Below, piece by piece: positions 6,916-16,023 of a DNA stretch of 22,368 nucleotides. The stretch comes from an uncultured bacterium. GTDB taxonomy: Bacteria > Krumholzibacteriota > Krumholzibacteriia > Krumholzibacteriales > Krumholzibacteriaceae. The position numbers were made by a program, and so were the translations under genes. Numbering within the stretch: position 1 is the stretch's first letter; every line of letters starts with the position of its first letter. Below the pieces are notes generated by a model. The model saw nothing but the letters and a program-made list of their open reading frames with translations, had not been told where the DNA came from and ran no database searches. The stretch is from positions 1 through 22,368 of the forward strand of contig CBDUYR010000046.1 of the NCBI GenBank assembly GCA_965371515.1, given 5' to 3'.

Positions 6916-7203
6916 TTACTTTATGTCAAATATAAAGTCGAAGCCGGCAATCGTGAAGATATCGCGGATGTGAGGGGTCATGTTAGCGATCTCGAGTTTG
7001 TAACCGTTGTCGTTGAGCCGTTTCTGGGTGGCGAGAAGGAGGCCGAGTCCGGCGCTGGAGATGTAGCGAAGTTCAGCGAAGTCTATGGTCGTCGTAGATC
7101 CCACTTTCTCGAGGATCTCCCTGGTCATGTTGACCTGGTTCGAATCGAGCCTTCCGTTGAGCCTGATCGTCCCGTCGCCCGCTACCGTAATGTCGAACAT
7201 CAT
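6916..7203 (-). CDS. STAS-domain anti-sigma-factor antagonist (RsbV/SpoIIAA-like)
   Basis: 95 aa. LNGRLD, IDFAELRYISSAGLGLLL (phospho-Ser motif), IRDIFTIAGF. ATGA overlap with the upstream kinase gene. Confidence 0.93.
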   Translation of the reverse strand: MMFDITVAGDGTIRLNGRLDSNQVNMTREILEKVGSTTTIDFAELRYISSAGLGLLLATQKRLNDNGYKLEIANMTPHIRDIFTIAGFDFIFDIK

Positions 7204-7604
7204 TCGTCCTCCAGGCGTTTTCTAGCCGTGACAACAAGAGTACCCTCATCGTAATCATAATCGAGCCCGTCCGCCATCTTTTTCACGAGATGGATGCCGA
7301 GCCCGCCTGGCTCGCGTTCCATCAGTGGTGCCTTCGTGTCCACATCCCCGAGAGAGTCACCGTCGAACGGCTCCGTGTCCCGGTCGGTCAGTCGGATGGT
7401 CAGGAGATCGTCTTCCAGTTCGATCTCTATCTCGATTACGTCGGTCCCCGGCGCATGCCGCACGAGGTTAGTGAAGAGTTCTTCCAGCGTCAGGTCGAGA
7501 AAGTACGATTGAGAGTCGTCGAAACCGTTATCGTTCTCGAACTCGCCGGCGAACGTGAATATCCCGTCGAGTGATTCGAGATCTCTCCTGAAGTTTCTCT
7601 GCAT
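7200..7604 (-). CDS. Anti-sigma regulatory factor / Ser kinase (RsbW/SpoIIAB-like HATPase)
   Basis: Start moved to ATG 7604 (GGAAGGA RBS; MQRNFRRDLESLD, 134 aa). N-box LEELFTNLVRHA, DRDTEPFD, G2 box PGGLGIHLVKKMAD. Confidence 0.9.
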   Translation of the reverse strand: MQRNFRRDLESLDGIFTFAGEFENDNGFDDSQSYFLDLTLEELFTNLVRHAPGTDVIEIEIELEDDLLTIRLTDRDTEPFDGDSLGDVDTKAPLMEREPGGLGIHLVKKMADGLDYDYDEGTLVVTARKRLEDE

Positions 7605-7641
7605 CTGTCCTTCCGCGGGATGGCTCGTGGATCGAGAGCCC

Positions 7642-7670
7642 ATATTAACGGGCATCCGATATTTATGCAA
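7642..7670 (-). promoter_or_regulatory. Putative sigma70-type promoter for the RsbW/STAS pair
   Basis: Minus strand TTGCAT-N17-TAATAT, 37 nt upstream of ATG 7604. Confidence 0.45.
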
Positions 7671-7707
7671 GATGGAACAGACAGAATCAGTCGAGCTGTC
7701 GACGTTC

Positions 7708-7736
7708 TTGACATATCCGGCATTCTGACCGAAACT
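7708..7736 (+). promoter_or_regulatory. Possible sigma70-type promoter for gnd-zwf-pgl
   Basis: Perfect TTGACA followed by N17 and a weak -10 (GAAACT), in the divergent intergenic region. Confidence 0.3.
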
Positions 7737-7802
7737 GTAACTATTCTGGAAATATATCCGCCGCTGAGTCGAGCGGGGGAACCTGGACGTGGAGGTGACA
7801 CG

Positions 7803-8708
7803 ATGAAGATCGGCATGATCGGGCTGGGGAAGATGGGCGGCAACATGGCTGAGCGGCTGATGAAAGGCGGACACGAGATCGCGGGGTACGCCCGTCACGA
7901 GGAGACGGTCCGCGCCTTCGAGGAGAAGGGTGGAAGGGGGGCCGGCTCGATCGCGGAGCTGGCGGGGATGCTTGAAGCCCCGAGGATCGTCTGGCTGATG
8001 GTGCCGGCCGGAGGCCCGGTCGACTCGGTGATAGAAGAGCTGATGCCTCATCTCGATGAGGGCGATATCCTCATCGACGGGGGGAACTCACGGTATACGG
8101 ATACGAAAAGGCGAGCCGCAGCTCTGCTGGAAAAAGGGCTGAACATGGTTGATGTCGGCACGAGCGGAGGTGTGTGGGGACTGGCGGAAGGATACAGCAT
8201 GATGGTGGGCGGGGAGAAAGCGGCGGTCGATACACTCCGGCCTGTCCTCGAGACTCTCGCACCCGCTCCCGATATGGGATGGGGACATGTCGGCCCGTCC
8301 GGAGCCGGTCACTTCGTCAAGATGGTGCACAACGGGATCGAGTACGGGATGATGCAGGCGTTCGCCGAAGGATTCGCGATAATGAAGGCGAAGGAAGAGT
8401 TCGACATAGATCTCCACGCTGTATCGGAGATTTGGCGGTACGGAAGCGTAGTCCGCTCCTGGCTCCTCGACCTGATCGCGGATGCCCTGGACGGCGACGA
8501 GGATCTCGCCGGTATAGCGCCGTTCGTTTCCGATTCGGGGGAAGGCAGATGGACGGCGATCGAGGCGATCGATCTCGGTGTTCCCGCGCCGGTGATCTCA
8601 CTGGCCCTGTCAGAGAGGTTCCGCTCGCAGGATGACAATTCTTACGCCGACCGGCTGCTCGCCGCAATGAGGAACCAGTTCGGCGGACACGAGATGAGGT
8701 CGAAATGA
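7803..8708 (+). CDS. gnd: 6-phosphogluconate dehydrogenase, decarboxylating (short-chain, 301 aa)
   Basis: Start ATG 7803 after GGAGGT. IGMIGLGKMG Rossmann motif, LMVPAG, IDGGNS, DVGTSGG, GAGHFVKMVHNGIEYG, DSGEGRW, AMRNQFGGH. Confidence 0.96.
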   Translation: MKIGMIGLGKMGGNMAERLMKGGHEIAGYARHEETVRAFEEKGGRGAGSIAELAGMLEAPRIVWLMVPAGGPVDSVIEELMPHLDEGDILIDGGNSRYTDTKRRAAALLEKGLNMVDVGTSGGVWGLAEGYSMMVGGEKAAVDTLRPVLETLAPAPDMGWGHVGPSGAGHFVKMVHNGIEYGMMQAFAEGFAIMKAKEEFDIDLHAVSEIWRYGSVVRSWLLDLIADALDGDEDLAGIAPFVSDSGEGRWTAIEAIDLGVPAPVISLALSERFRSQDDNSYADRLLAAMRNQFGGHEMRSK

Positions 8709-10150
8709 ACATACCTTCGCACATCTTCACGATATTCGGCGCCAGCGGCGACCTGACAAAGAGAAAGATCCTGCCCGCGCTGTTCCATCTTTTCGCAGAA
8801 GAGAGGATAGGCCCCGACTGCATAGTCGTCGGCACCGGCAGAAAACCGATGGACGACGAGACGTTCAGGGCCCTGACGCTAGAGGCCCTTTCTGAATCTG
8901 GTCTCGGGGGGGGAGAGGGCGCGGCGAAATGGTGCACCGGATGTGTCTTCTACCATTGTCTCGGGGACGGATCGGCCGGGAATTACACACTTCTCGGGGA
9001 GAGACTCTCAGAGCTGGAGAAGGAACACGGCATCCCCGGGAACAGGGCCTTCTATCTCGCGCTGCCGCCCGACGCCTTCCCACCTGTCATAGAGAATATC
9101 GGCGAGGCCGGACTTGCCGACTCGGAAGGGTGGTCGAGGCTCGTCATAGAGAAGCCGTTCGGCCGTGACCTGGATTCAGCGGAAAAGCTCAATGAGCATA
9201 TACATCGCTGGTTCGATGAGGACCAGATCTACCGGATAGACCACTATCTCGGCAAGGAGACGGTTCAGAACCTCCTCGTCTTCCGCTTCGCAAACGCGAT
9301 TTTCGAGTCGATATGGAACCGCGATCGTGTCGACCACATACAGATCACGGTGGCCGAGTCCCTCGGCGTTGAGCACCGGACGAAATACTACGATACGGCC
9401 GGAGCGGTAAGGGACATGGTACAGAACCACATCGCCCAGCTGCTGACCCTGATCACGATGGAGGTGCCCGGCGCGTTCGAAGCCCGCGCGATAATGCAGG
9501 AGAAGATCAAGGTCTTGCGGAGTATCACGCCGCTTCAACCGAAGGACATCGTTCTCGGGCAGTACGACGCTGGAGATGAGATGCCAGGGTACCGCGATGA
9601 AGAAGGGACCGGCGAGGACTCCGCGACACCGACTTTCGCCGCCGTCCGGCTTCATGTCGATACGTGGAGATGGAAGGGGACCCCGATTTATATCAGGACA
9701 GGCAAGAGGATGCCGGTAAAGACGACGCAGATCTCGGTTGTATTCGAAAATCCGCCGGTCTGTTTCTTCCAGACGATGGAAGGATGCACGCTTCGTCCCA
9801 ATGTCCTTAACATCACTATCCAGCCCGACGAGAGTTTCACGCTCTCTTTCGACGTCAAGAAACCGGGCGAGCCGTTTACTCTTGAGCCGCAGGATCTTCA
9901 CTTCAGCTATGCCGATACATTCGGCAGGCTGCCCGACGCCTACGAGACCCTTCTTCTCGATATCATGACGGGCGATCAGACACTCTTCGTCCATGCCGAC
10001 GAAGTGGAGGCCTCCTGGAAACTCTTCGAGCCGGCGCTTGACCGTGGACTGCCGCTGGCGCGTTACGCGGCCGGGACATGGGGGCCGGATGAAGCGGCAG
10101 AACTGCTCCTGCAGGACGGCCGCGCCTGGTCGGTCAGGCGGGGCGGGTAG
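8705..10150 (+). CDS. zwf: Glucose-6-phosphate 1-dehydrogenase
   Basis: IFGASGDLTKRK, IEKPFGRD, YRIDHYLGKETVQN, RDMVQNH, DAYETLL. ATGA overlap with gnd. Confidence 0.98.
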   Translation: MNIPSHIFTIFGASGDLTKRKILPALFHLFAEERIGPDCIVVGTGRKPMDDETFRALTLEALSESGLGGGEGAAKWCTGCVFYHCLGDGSAGNYTLLGERLSELEKEHGIPGNRAFYLALPPDAFPPVIENIGEAGLADSEGWSRLVIEKPFGRDLDSAEKLNEHIHRWFDEDQIYRIDHYLGKETVQNLLVFRFANAIFESIWNRDRVDHIQITVAESLGVEHRTKYYDTAGAVRDMVQNHIAQLLTLITMEVPGAFEARAIMQEKIKVLRSITPLQPKDIVLGQYDAGDEMPGYRDEEGTGEDSATPTFAAVRLHVDTWRWKGTPIYIRTGKRMPVKTTQISVVFENPPVCFFQTMEGCTLRPNVLNITIQPDESFTLSFDVKKPGEPFTLEPQDLHFSYADTFGRLPDAYETLLLDIMTGDQTLFVHADEVEASWKLFEPALDRGLPLARYAAGTWGPDEAAELLLQDGRAWSVRRGG

Positions 10151-10152
10151 AG

Positions 10153-10896
10153 ATGCAGCGCGCCGTTCGCGTATTCGATGACCTCGAATCGATGAGCGTT
10201 GCCGCGGCCGCGGCGGTTGTGGAACTGGCCGCAGGATCGCCCGGCCCATTCTCGATCGCCCTCGCAGGAGGAGGCACTCCGCGCCGCCTTTACGAGATAC
10301 TCGCTGAAGATTCTGCCGGCATCGACTGGGAGAAGGTTCACCTCTTCTGGGGTGACGAGAGATTCGTCTCTACCGGCGATCCTGAAAGCAATTTCGGAAA
10401 TATCCGACCGGTTCTTCTCGACAGGATCGATATCCCCGATGGAAACATTCACGCCATCCCCGTCGATGCGCCGACAGCGGTCGATGCGGCGGAGATATAC
10501 GAGAAGGAACTAAAGGACTTTTTCGGGATTCAGGAAGATGGATTCCCCGAGTTCGACCTGATCCTGCTCGGCCTCGGCGATGACGGACACACCGCTTCGA
10601 TATTCCCCGGAGATTCCGTAATCGAAGAGAGGCACAAGTGGGTTTCGTCCGTGACTGGACCGGCGGGTATCGAACCGGCGGAGCGAGTCACACTCACCCT
10701 TCCGGTCCTGAATGCAGCAGGAAATATCTTCCTCCTCGTCTCGGGGGAATCGAAGGCCGATGTCCTTCACGACATACTCTTCGCCGGCCGGCTGGCTGAA
10801 GCAGAATATCCCGCAGCGATGATCTCTCCCGACGGCCCGCTCGTATGGTTCATCGACCGGGCGGCATATGGCGGCGACCCCGATTCCTGCCGGTGA
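10153..10896 (+). CDS. pgl: 6-phosphogluconolactonase
   Basis: IALAGGGTP, LFWGDERFV, FDLILLGLGDDGHTASIFP, RVTLTLP. Follows zwf by 2 nt. Confidence 0.96.
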   Translation: MQRAVRVFDDLESMSVAAAAAVVELAAGSPGPFSIALAGGGTPRRLYEILAEDSAGIDWEKVHLFWGDERFVSTGDPESNFGNIRPVLLDRIDIPDGNIHAIPVDAPTAVDAAEIYEKELKDFFGIQEDGFPEFDLILLGLGDDGHTASIFPGDSVIEERHKWVSSVTGPAGIEPAERVTLTLPVLNAAGNIFLLVSGESKADVLHDILFAGRLAEAEYPAAMISPDGPLVWFIDRAAYGGDPDSCR

Positions 10897-10900
10897 ATAC

Positions 10901-10929
10901 TTGATTATATCCCCGACAACGGTTAATCT
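10901..10929 (+). promoter_or_regulatory. Putative sigma70-type promoter for the nitroreductase/ATP-grasp pair
   Basis: TTGATT-N17-TAATCT immediately after the pgl stop, 37 nt before ATG 10967. Confidence 0.4.
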
Positions 10930-10966
10930 CCTTTTCATGTTTTCCAAGATGCGAAAGGAGACCCCG

Positions 10967-11701
10967 ATGAGATACCTGACGATTGTACTGCTTGCGGCCT
11001 GTATCCTGATGCCCTCGGGTGCGTGGAGCGGCAAGTATACCCTCGAGCACAACGCTCTCGCGACAATAGAACTGCCGAAGCCTGTCCTGGACAGCGAGTT
11101 CTCGATAGAGAAGGTCCTCCAGGAGCGAAGATCGGTCAGGAGCTATACAGATGAGCCCGTTACGCTGGAAGAGGTCTCCCAGCTTCTCTGGTCCGCCTAC
11201 GGGATCACGTACACGAGGGAGGGTCTGCCCGATTTCATACGCGGGGGATTCAAGACAGCGCCGTCAGCCGGGGCCCGATATCCGCTCGAGATATATCTCG
11301 TCGCCGGTAACGTCAGTGGCCTTCTGCCCGGGATCTACTGGTACGTTCCCGAAGGCCACGTGATCCACAGGCTCGTCGACGGCGATGTCCGGATCGACCT
11401 CCAGGCCGCGTGCCTCAGTCAGAAGTTCGCAGGCGAGGCGCCGATCTCGATCGTCTGGTCTGCCGTCTACGAGAGATGCACGGAGAAATACGGGGAGCGC
11501 GGCACAGACAGGTACGTCTGTATGGACCTCGGTCACTCGGCTCAGAACGTTTACCTCCAGTGCGGATCGCTCGGGCTCGGAACCTGCGCCATCGGCGCCT
11601 TCACAGACGATTCACTGAAGAATCTGATCGGCATGACCGAAGAAGAAGTGCCGCTGTACGTAATGCCTGTGGGAAGGCTTCCGAGGGAACATAAAAAATG
11701 A
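10967..11701 (+). CDS. SagB/ThcOx-family FMN-dependent dehydrogenase (nitroreductase fold) with N-terminal signal peptide
   Basis: Start ATG 10967 after AAAGGAG. RRSVRSY, VSQLLWSAYG, TAPSAGARYPLEIY, DLGHSAQNVYL, LGLGTCAIGAF. N-terminus MRYLTIVLLAACILMPSGAWS. Confidence 0.9.
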   Translation: MRYLTIVLLAACILMPSGAWSGKYTLEHNALATIELPKPVLDSEFSIEKVLQERRSVRSYTDEPVTLEEVSQLLWSAYGITYTREGLPDFIRGGFKTAPSAGARYPLEIYLVAGNVSGLLPGIYWYVPEGHVIHRLVDGDVRIDLQAACLSQKFAGEAPISIVWSAVYERCTEKYGERGTDRYVCMDLGHSAQNVYLQCGSLGLGTCAIGAFTDDSLKNLIGMTEEEVPLYVMPVGRLPREHKK

Positions 11702-12867
11702 TAATCCTCGACAGGCCGTACGTGTCCGACTTCCTCGCCTCGACCCTTCAGCGCCTCCGGACGCCTGTGCTGCGTAACGGCGTCTCCGAGGCTATTGCCG
11801 AGGAGTACGATCTCAACCTTATCGACGAGGTGGAATTCGCCGCCAGGGCCAACAAGGAAAAGTATCCACTGATATATACCAGCTCTGAGGATGCGATAGG
11901 GTGGATCGCGAAGAACCTCGAACCGTCCGGACTGCCCGCCAGGATCGACCGGTTGAAAAACAAGATCCATTTCCGCAGCATGATCGAAGAGGATCATCCC
12001 GGTTTTTTCTATGCCGGTATCGATCTCGAGGCGCTGCGGCACCTTGATCCATCCGAACTTCCCAAGCCGTTTATCGTAAAACCCGCCGTGGGATTCTTCA
12101 GCGTAGCGGTCCGCAAGGTAGAATCTGATGCCGAGTGGCCCGCCGCACTGAAGTCCATAGAGGAGGATCTCGAAAGTTTCGGGGGGATGTATCCCGGACA
12201 AGTATTTGATCCGGGTAAGTTTATTATCGAGGAAGGCATAAAGGGTGAGGAGTTCGCGATCGACGTCTATTACGACGAGATCGGCCGGCCCGTGATCCTC
12301 AATGTCCTTCATCATCTCTTCTCTTCGGGGACCGATGTCAGCGATACTACATATGTTACTTCGAAAAGGATCGTCGAATACGGGCTACAGATGTTCACAG
12401 GACCGCTCGCCCGTATCGGGAAGCTGGCCGACCTGAAGAATTTCCCGATCCATATCGAGATGAGAGTAGACGGTCGTGACATCGTTCCTATAGAGGCCAA
12501 TCCGATGAGATTTGCGGGCTTCGGCGGGACGGATTTCGGTTGGTATGCCTGGGGAATAAATACTCACGAATATTTTCTCGAGCGAAAGATACCCGACTGG
12601 AAGGCGATATTTGACGGGAAAGAAGATCGCGTCTACTCGATGTATGTAGCTTTCATACCCGAGGATGTTTCCGTCTCAAGGGTAAAGGATATAGATTACG
12701 ATGGCTTCGTGGCCAACTTCACGAAGGTGCTGGAACTCCGTAAGACAGACTGGCGCAATTATCGCGTCTTCTCCTTCGTCTTTACGGAAACAGGTCCGGA
12801 GACCGCATCCGAGATCGAGCGGAACCTCCAGCTCGACCTCTCTCCATACGTACTTATGAAGGACTGA
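11698..12867 (+). CDS. ATP-grasp domain protein (putative amino-acid/peptide ligase)
   Basis: PFIVKPAVGFFSVAVRKV, IIEEGIKGEEFAID, HIEMRV, PIEANPMRFAG. ATGA overlap with the upstream gene. Confidence 0.88.
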   Translation: MIILDRPYVSDFLASTLQRLRTPVLRNGVSEAIAEEYDLNLIDEVEFAARANKEKYPLIYTSSEDAIGWIAKNLEPSGLPARIDRLKNKIHFRSMIEEDHPGFFYAGIDLEALRHLDPSELPKPFIVKPAVGFFSVAVRKVESDAEWPAALKSIEEDLESFGGMYPGQVFDPGKFIIEEGIKGEEFAIDVYYDEIGRPVILNVLHHLFSSGTDVSDTTYVTSKRIVEYGLQMFTGPLARIGKLADLKNFPIHIEMRVDGRDIVPIEANPMRFAGFGGTDFGWYAWGINTHEYFLERKIPDWKAIFDGKEDRVYSMYVAFIPEDVSVSRVKDIDYDGFVANFTKVLELRKTDWRNYRVFSFVFTETGPETASEIERNLQLDLSPYVLMKD

Positions 12868-12889
12868 GGCTGTCTTCGCCGGTCAGTCC
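12861..12889. terminator. Possible bidirectional hairpin spanning two convergent stop codons
   Basis: GGACTGA-GGC-tgtcttc-GCC-gg-TCAGTCC. No U-tract. Confidence 0.3.
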
Positions 12890-15800
12890 GAAACGACAGG
12901 GAATATCTTTCTGCCGAGTATCTTCAGATCTTCCAGTATCAGGTAGAGGCTCGGGATTATAATCAGGGTTATCCCCGTTGCGAACAGCACACCCCATCCG
13001 AGTCCGGCAGCCATCGGGATGAGGAACCTTGCCTGAAGAGATCTCTCGAGAAGCATCGGCGTCAGACCTATGAACGTCGTTAATGAGGTGAGTATGATCG
13101 CCCTGAACCTCAGCTCGCCGGCGGTGCTGATCGATTCTATCGCCGTCCTGCCGCCCCCGTGAATCCTGTTCGTCGCCTCGATCAGTACGAGCGAGTCGTT
13201 CACGACCACTCCCGACAGGCCGACTATTCCGAAGAGGCTCATCATATTCAGATCGTAGCCCATCACGATGTGGCCCAGGACTGCTCCAACCATTCCAAAG
13301 GGGATCGCCGTCATTACTATGAGCGGTTGTGTGAACGATTTGAAAGGTATGGCGAGGAGCGCATAGATCAGGAAAAGCGCTATGACGAACGACTTGAGGA
13401 TCGACGACATGAATTCCTGGTCTTCGCGTCCCTCTCCTTCGACGGCGAACCGGACGTCGGGATGTGATTCACGCATAGCGGGAAGTATCGTTGTCTCCAA
13501 TGCGCGGTTTACCTCTGTATTGTTGGCCTGTCCCTCCTCGATATCGGCCGATACGGCGATGACCCGCTTTCTGTCAGCCCTCGAGATGGTCGCATAGCCC
13601 TGGACGGTGTTTACCTCGGCGACCTGCCTGAACGGTACCTCGGTGCCGTCCGGCATGCGGATCCGCATACCGCTGACGTTTCCGATCGATCTGCGTTCAT
13701 CGTCCGGGTATCGCACGAGGACTTTGACCTCGTCCTCGCCTATCTGCATGCGCAGGGCCTCGGAGCCGTAGAAGGCGGCCCTTACCTGGCGGGCAAGATC
13801 GCTCAGCGTCAGACCGAGACTTCTCGCTTCATGTTTGAGTTTGAGCTGCATCTCCTGCTTGCCGGGCATGTAGTCGTCGGCGACCTCGATCAGTCCGGGG
13901 TACGCATTCAGTTCGGTCTTGAGGGCTTCGACAGCTTCGAAGAGTTTGACGTTGTCGTCTGACGAGAGGTGTACCTCGATCGGTGCGTTCACCCTTCCTG
14001 TCTGCCCCTTGAACGAGACAGCTTCGGCATCGGGGATTCGCCCGACCTTCTTGCGCCATTGGCCGACGAGGTATCGAGACTTGATGTTTCTCTTTTCTCC
14101 CTCGAGAAGCTGAATGTGTACCTGGGCCAGGTGCCCGCCTATCTCAAAAGTAGCGAAAGGTCCATGTCCGCCCATATGGACCCCGATCAGTGTGAAATAT
14201 TCCTCCATCACGGACGGTGCGTCATCGGGCCGCCGGCTGTCCGCCTCCTTCATCGTCTCGAGAGCGGCCTGTTCTATACGGGCAAGCACCTCCTCGGTAC
14301 GGCTGACCGGCGTACGCGGAGGCATCACTACGGAGCATGAGAGATAGTCCGCATCGAGGCGCGGCATCAATGTAAGCTTTATCCGCCCGCTGGCGATGAT
14401 GCTTATCGTGAAGATCAGAAGGGCCACACCGACTGCCACAGTGACATATCTCCACTTAAGGCAGAGCGCGAGAAAACGCCTGTAAGGTCCCCTTACAAAG
14501 TCTTTTAACCATCTGTCAGCCAGCTTGGTCCGCGTCTCTCCCGGATTATGGTTGAATGTCTTGAACCGGCTTCTGGCAAGATGAGCAGGCAGTATCAGGA
14601 GCGCCTCGATCAGCGATCCGGCCAGGACGGCGATGACCACGATCGGGATATTGCGCATGAAGTTTCCGCGGGTTCCCGGTAACATCAGGAGGGGCCAGAA
14701 AGCCGCTATCGTCGTCAGTACGGCGAAGATGACCGGCTTGCTCACCTGCGAGGCTCCCTGGACGGCCGCCTCAAATGGCGGGACCCCTTTCTCGCGCTTC
14801 CTGTATATGTTCTCGCCGATGATGATCGCGTCATCGACGACGATTCCCAAGATCAGTATAAATCCGAAGAGTGAGATCATGTTGATCGAGATACCGAAAA
14901 GGGGAAGCAGCCACAGGCCCGTGGCGAAAGATATCGGTATACCCATCGTTACCCAGAAGGCGAGTTTCACGTTGAGGAAGAGCGACAGGAGAATGATGAC
15001 GAGGACGAGTCCGAGCGCCATATTCTTGATGAGGAGACTGATCCTGCTTTTGAGGAGGGTCGATCTGTCCTGAAAAAATACCGCGTCCATTCCCTCGGGC
15101 AGATCGTCGCGGATGTCTCCGACGTACCTCTTCACTGTGGATGCCACCTCGAGTGCGCTCTGGTCGGCGACGCGGTAGACCTCGATGAAAGCAGCCGGTT
15201 TACCTCTCGTGGAGACCTTCAGATCGTTGTCTTCGAATCCGTCGGTGAGTGTGGCAATCTGTCCGAGCGTGACTTTCGACCCGTCGGGGCGCGCTATTAC
15301 AGCGATGTCGGCATACTCGTCGGCAGTATATCTGCGGCCCTTTGTCCTTATGAGGACCGTCCCTTCCTTCGACCTGACCGAACCGGCGGGAAGGTCCAGG
15401 CTGGATTTCTGCACGATGGCCGCGACCTGGTCGAGCGTCAGCCCGTATCGCCTGAGGTTTGTCTCCGAGATATCGATATGGATCTCGGCGCGCCGAACGC
15501 CGAAGATCTCGACGAGGGTTATACCGTGCATATTGACCAGATCGCTCTTCATCTTCTCGGCGAGATGCTTGATCGTCGATTCCGGCGCGTCGCCGTACAG
15601 GGCAATATTTATCACCTGTATCTTGCGCACGATCTGCCTGACGATAGGTTTCTCAGCCTCGTTGGGGAAGGTCCTGATGCGGTCTACCTCGCTCTTGACA
15701 TCGTTGGTCAGATCGACGAGGCTCCATCCGCTGAGGAGCTCGATCGTGACGGTTCCGAATCCCTCGCGAGCCGATGCGGTGATCCTCTTAATCCCGGCAA

Positions 15801-16023
15801 GGCCGGCAACACGTTCCTCGATCCTGCGGATGATCGCTTCCTCGACCTCTTCGGGTGAGGCGCCTGGATATTCCATCGATACCGAGATCATATCCGGAGA
15901 AGAATCCGGGAAAGCCTCTATCTTGATATTTTGAACGGTCCACAGGCCGGCGAGCAGCACGAAGACCATCAGCAGATTTGCAGCGACGTGGTTTTCAGTA
16001 AACCAGCCGATCAACTTATCCAT
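12883..16023 (-). CDS. RND efflux transporter permease subunit (AcrB/AcrD/AcrF family)
   Basis: 1046 aa with two 1+5 TM halves and large periplasmic loops. YPGASPEEVE, GIVVDDAIIIGENI, GVVVNDSLVLIE, RFRAIILTSLTT. Confidence 0.97.
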   Translation of the reverse strand: MDKLIGWFTENHVAANLLMVFVLLAGLWTVQNIKIEAFPDSSPDMISVSMEYPGASPEEVEEAIIRRIEERVAGLAGIKRITASAREGFGTVTIELLSGWSLVDLTNDVKSEVDRIRTFPNEAEKPIVRQIVRKIQVINIALYGDAPESTIKHLAEKMKSDLVNMHGITLVEIFGVRRAEIHIDISETNLRRYGLTLDQVAAIVQKSSLDLPAGSVRSKEGTVLIRTKGRRYTADEYADIAVIARPDGSKVTLGQIATLTDGFEDNDLKVSTRGKPAAFIEVYRVADQSALEVASTVKRYVGDIRDDLPEGMDAVFFQDRSTLLKSRISLLIKNMALGLVLVIILLSLFLNVKLAFWVTMGIPISFATGLWLLPLFGISINMISLFGFILILGIVVDDAIIIGENIYRKREKGVPPFEAAVQGASQVSKPVIFAVLTTIAAFWPLLMLPGTRGNFMRNIPIVVIAVLAGSLIEALLILPAHLARSRFKTFNHNPGETRTKLADRWLKDFVRGPYRRFLALCLKWRYVTVAVGVALLIFTISIIASGRIKLTLMPRLDADYLSCSVVMPPRTPVSRTEEVLARIEQAALETMKEADSRRPDDAPSVMEEYFTLIGVHMGGHGPFATFEIGGHLAQVHIQLLEGEKRNIKSRYLVGQWRKKVGRIPDAEAVSFKGQTGRVNAPIEVHLSSDDNVKLFEAVEALKTELNAYPGLIEVADDYMPGKQEMQLKLKHEARSLGLTLSDLARQVRAAFYGSEALRMQIGEDEVKVLVRYPDDERRSIGNVSGMRIRMPDGTEVPFRQVAEVNTVQGYATISRADRKRVIAVSADIEEGQANNTEVNRALETTILPAMRESHPDVRFAVEGEGREDQEFMSSILKSFVIALFLIYALLAIPFKSFTQPLIVMTAIPFGMVGAVLGHIVMGYDLNMMSLFGIVGLSGVVVNDSLVLIEATNRIHGGGRTAIESISTAGELRFRAIILTSLTTFIGLTPMLLERSLQARFLIPMAAGLGWGVLFATGITLIIIPSLYLILEDLKILGRKIFPVVSD

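Noticed and set aside
7605..8051. Long N-terminal extensions of the RsbW-like ORF (to 8051) and of gnd (from 7620), implying overlapping divergent genes
   Set aside because: Domain homology and RBSs start at 7604 and 7803; the region between is a divergent promoter spacer.
9176..12315. Long antisense ORFs over zwf, pgl and the ATP-grasp gene (e.g. 9176-10249, 11551-12315)
   Set aside because: Typical GC-rich antisense shadows of well-supported genes, with no recognisable motifs.
10967..12867. SagB/ThcOx + ATP-grasp as a RiPP cluster modifying the repeat protein
   Set aside because: More than 5 kb away, on the opposite strand, separated by housekeeping genes, with no YcaO/cyclodehydratase. 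The repeats lack graspetide-like core motifs that I can recognise.
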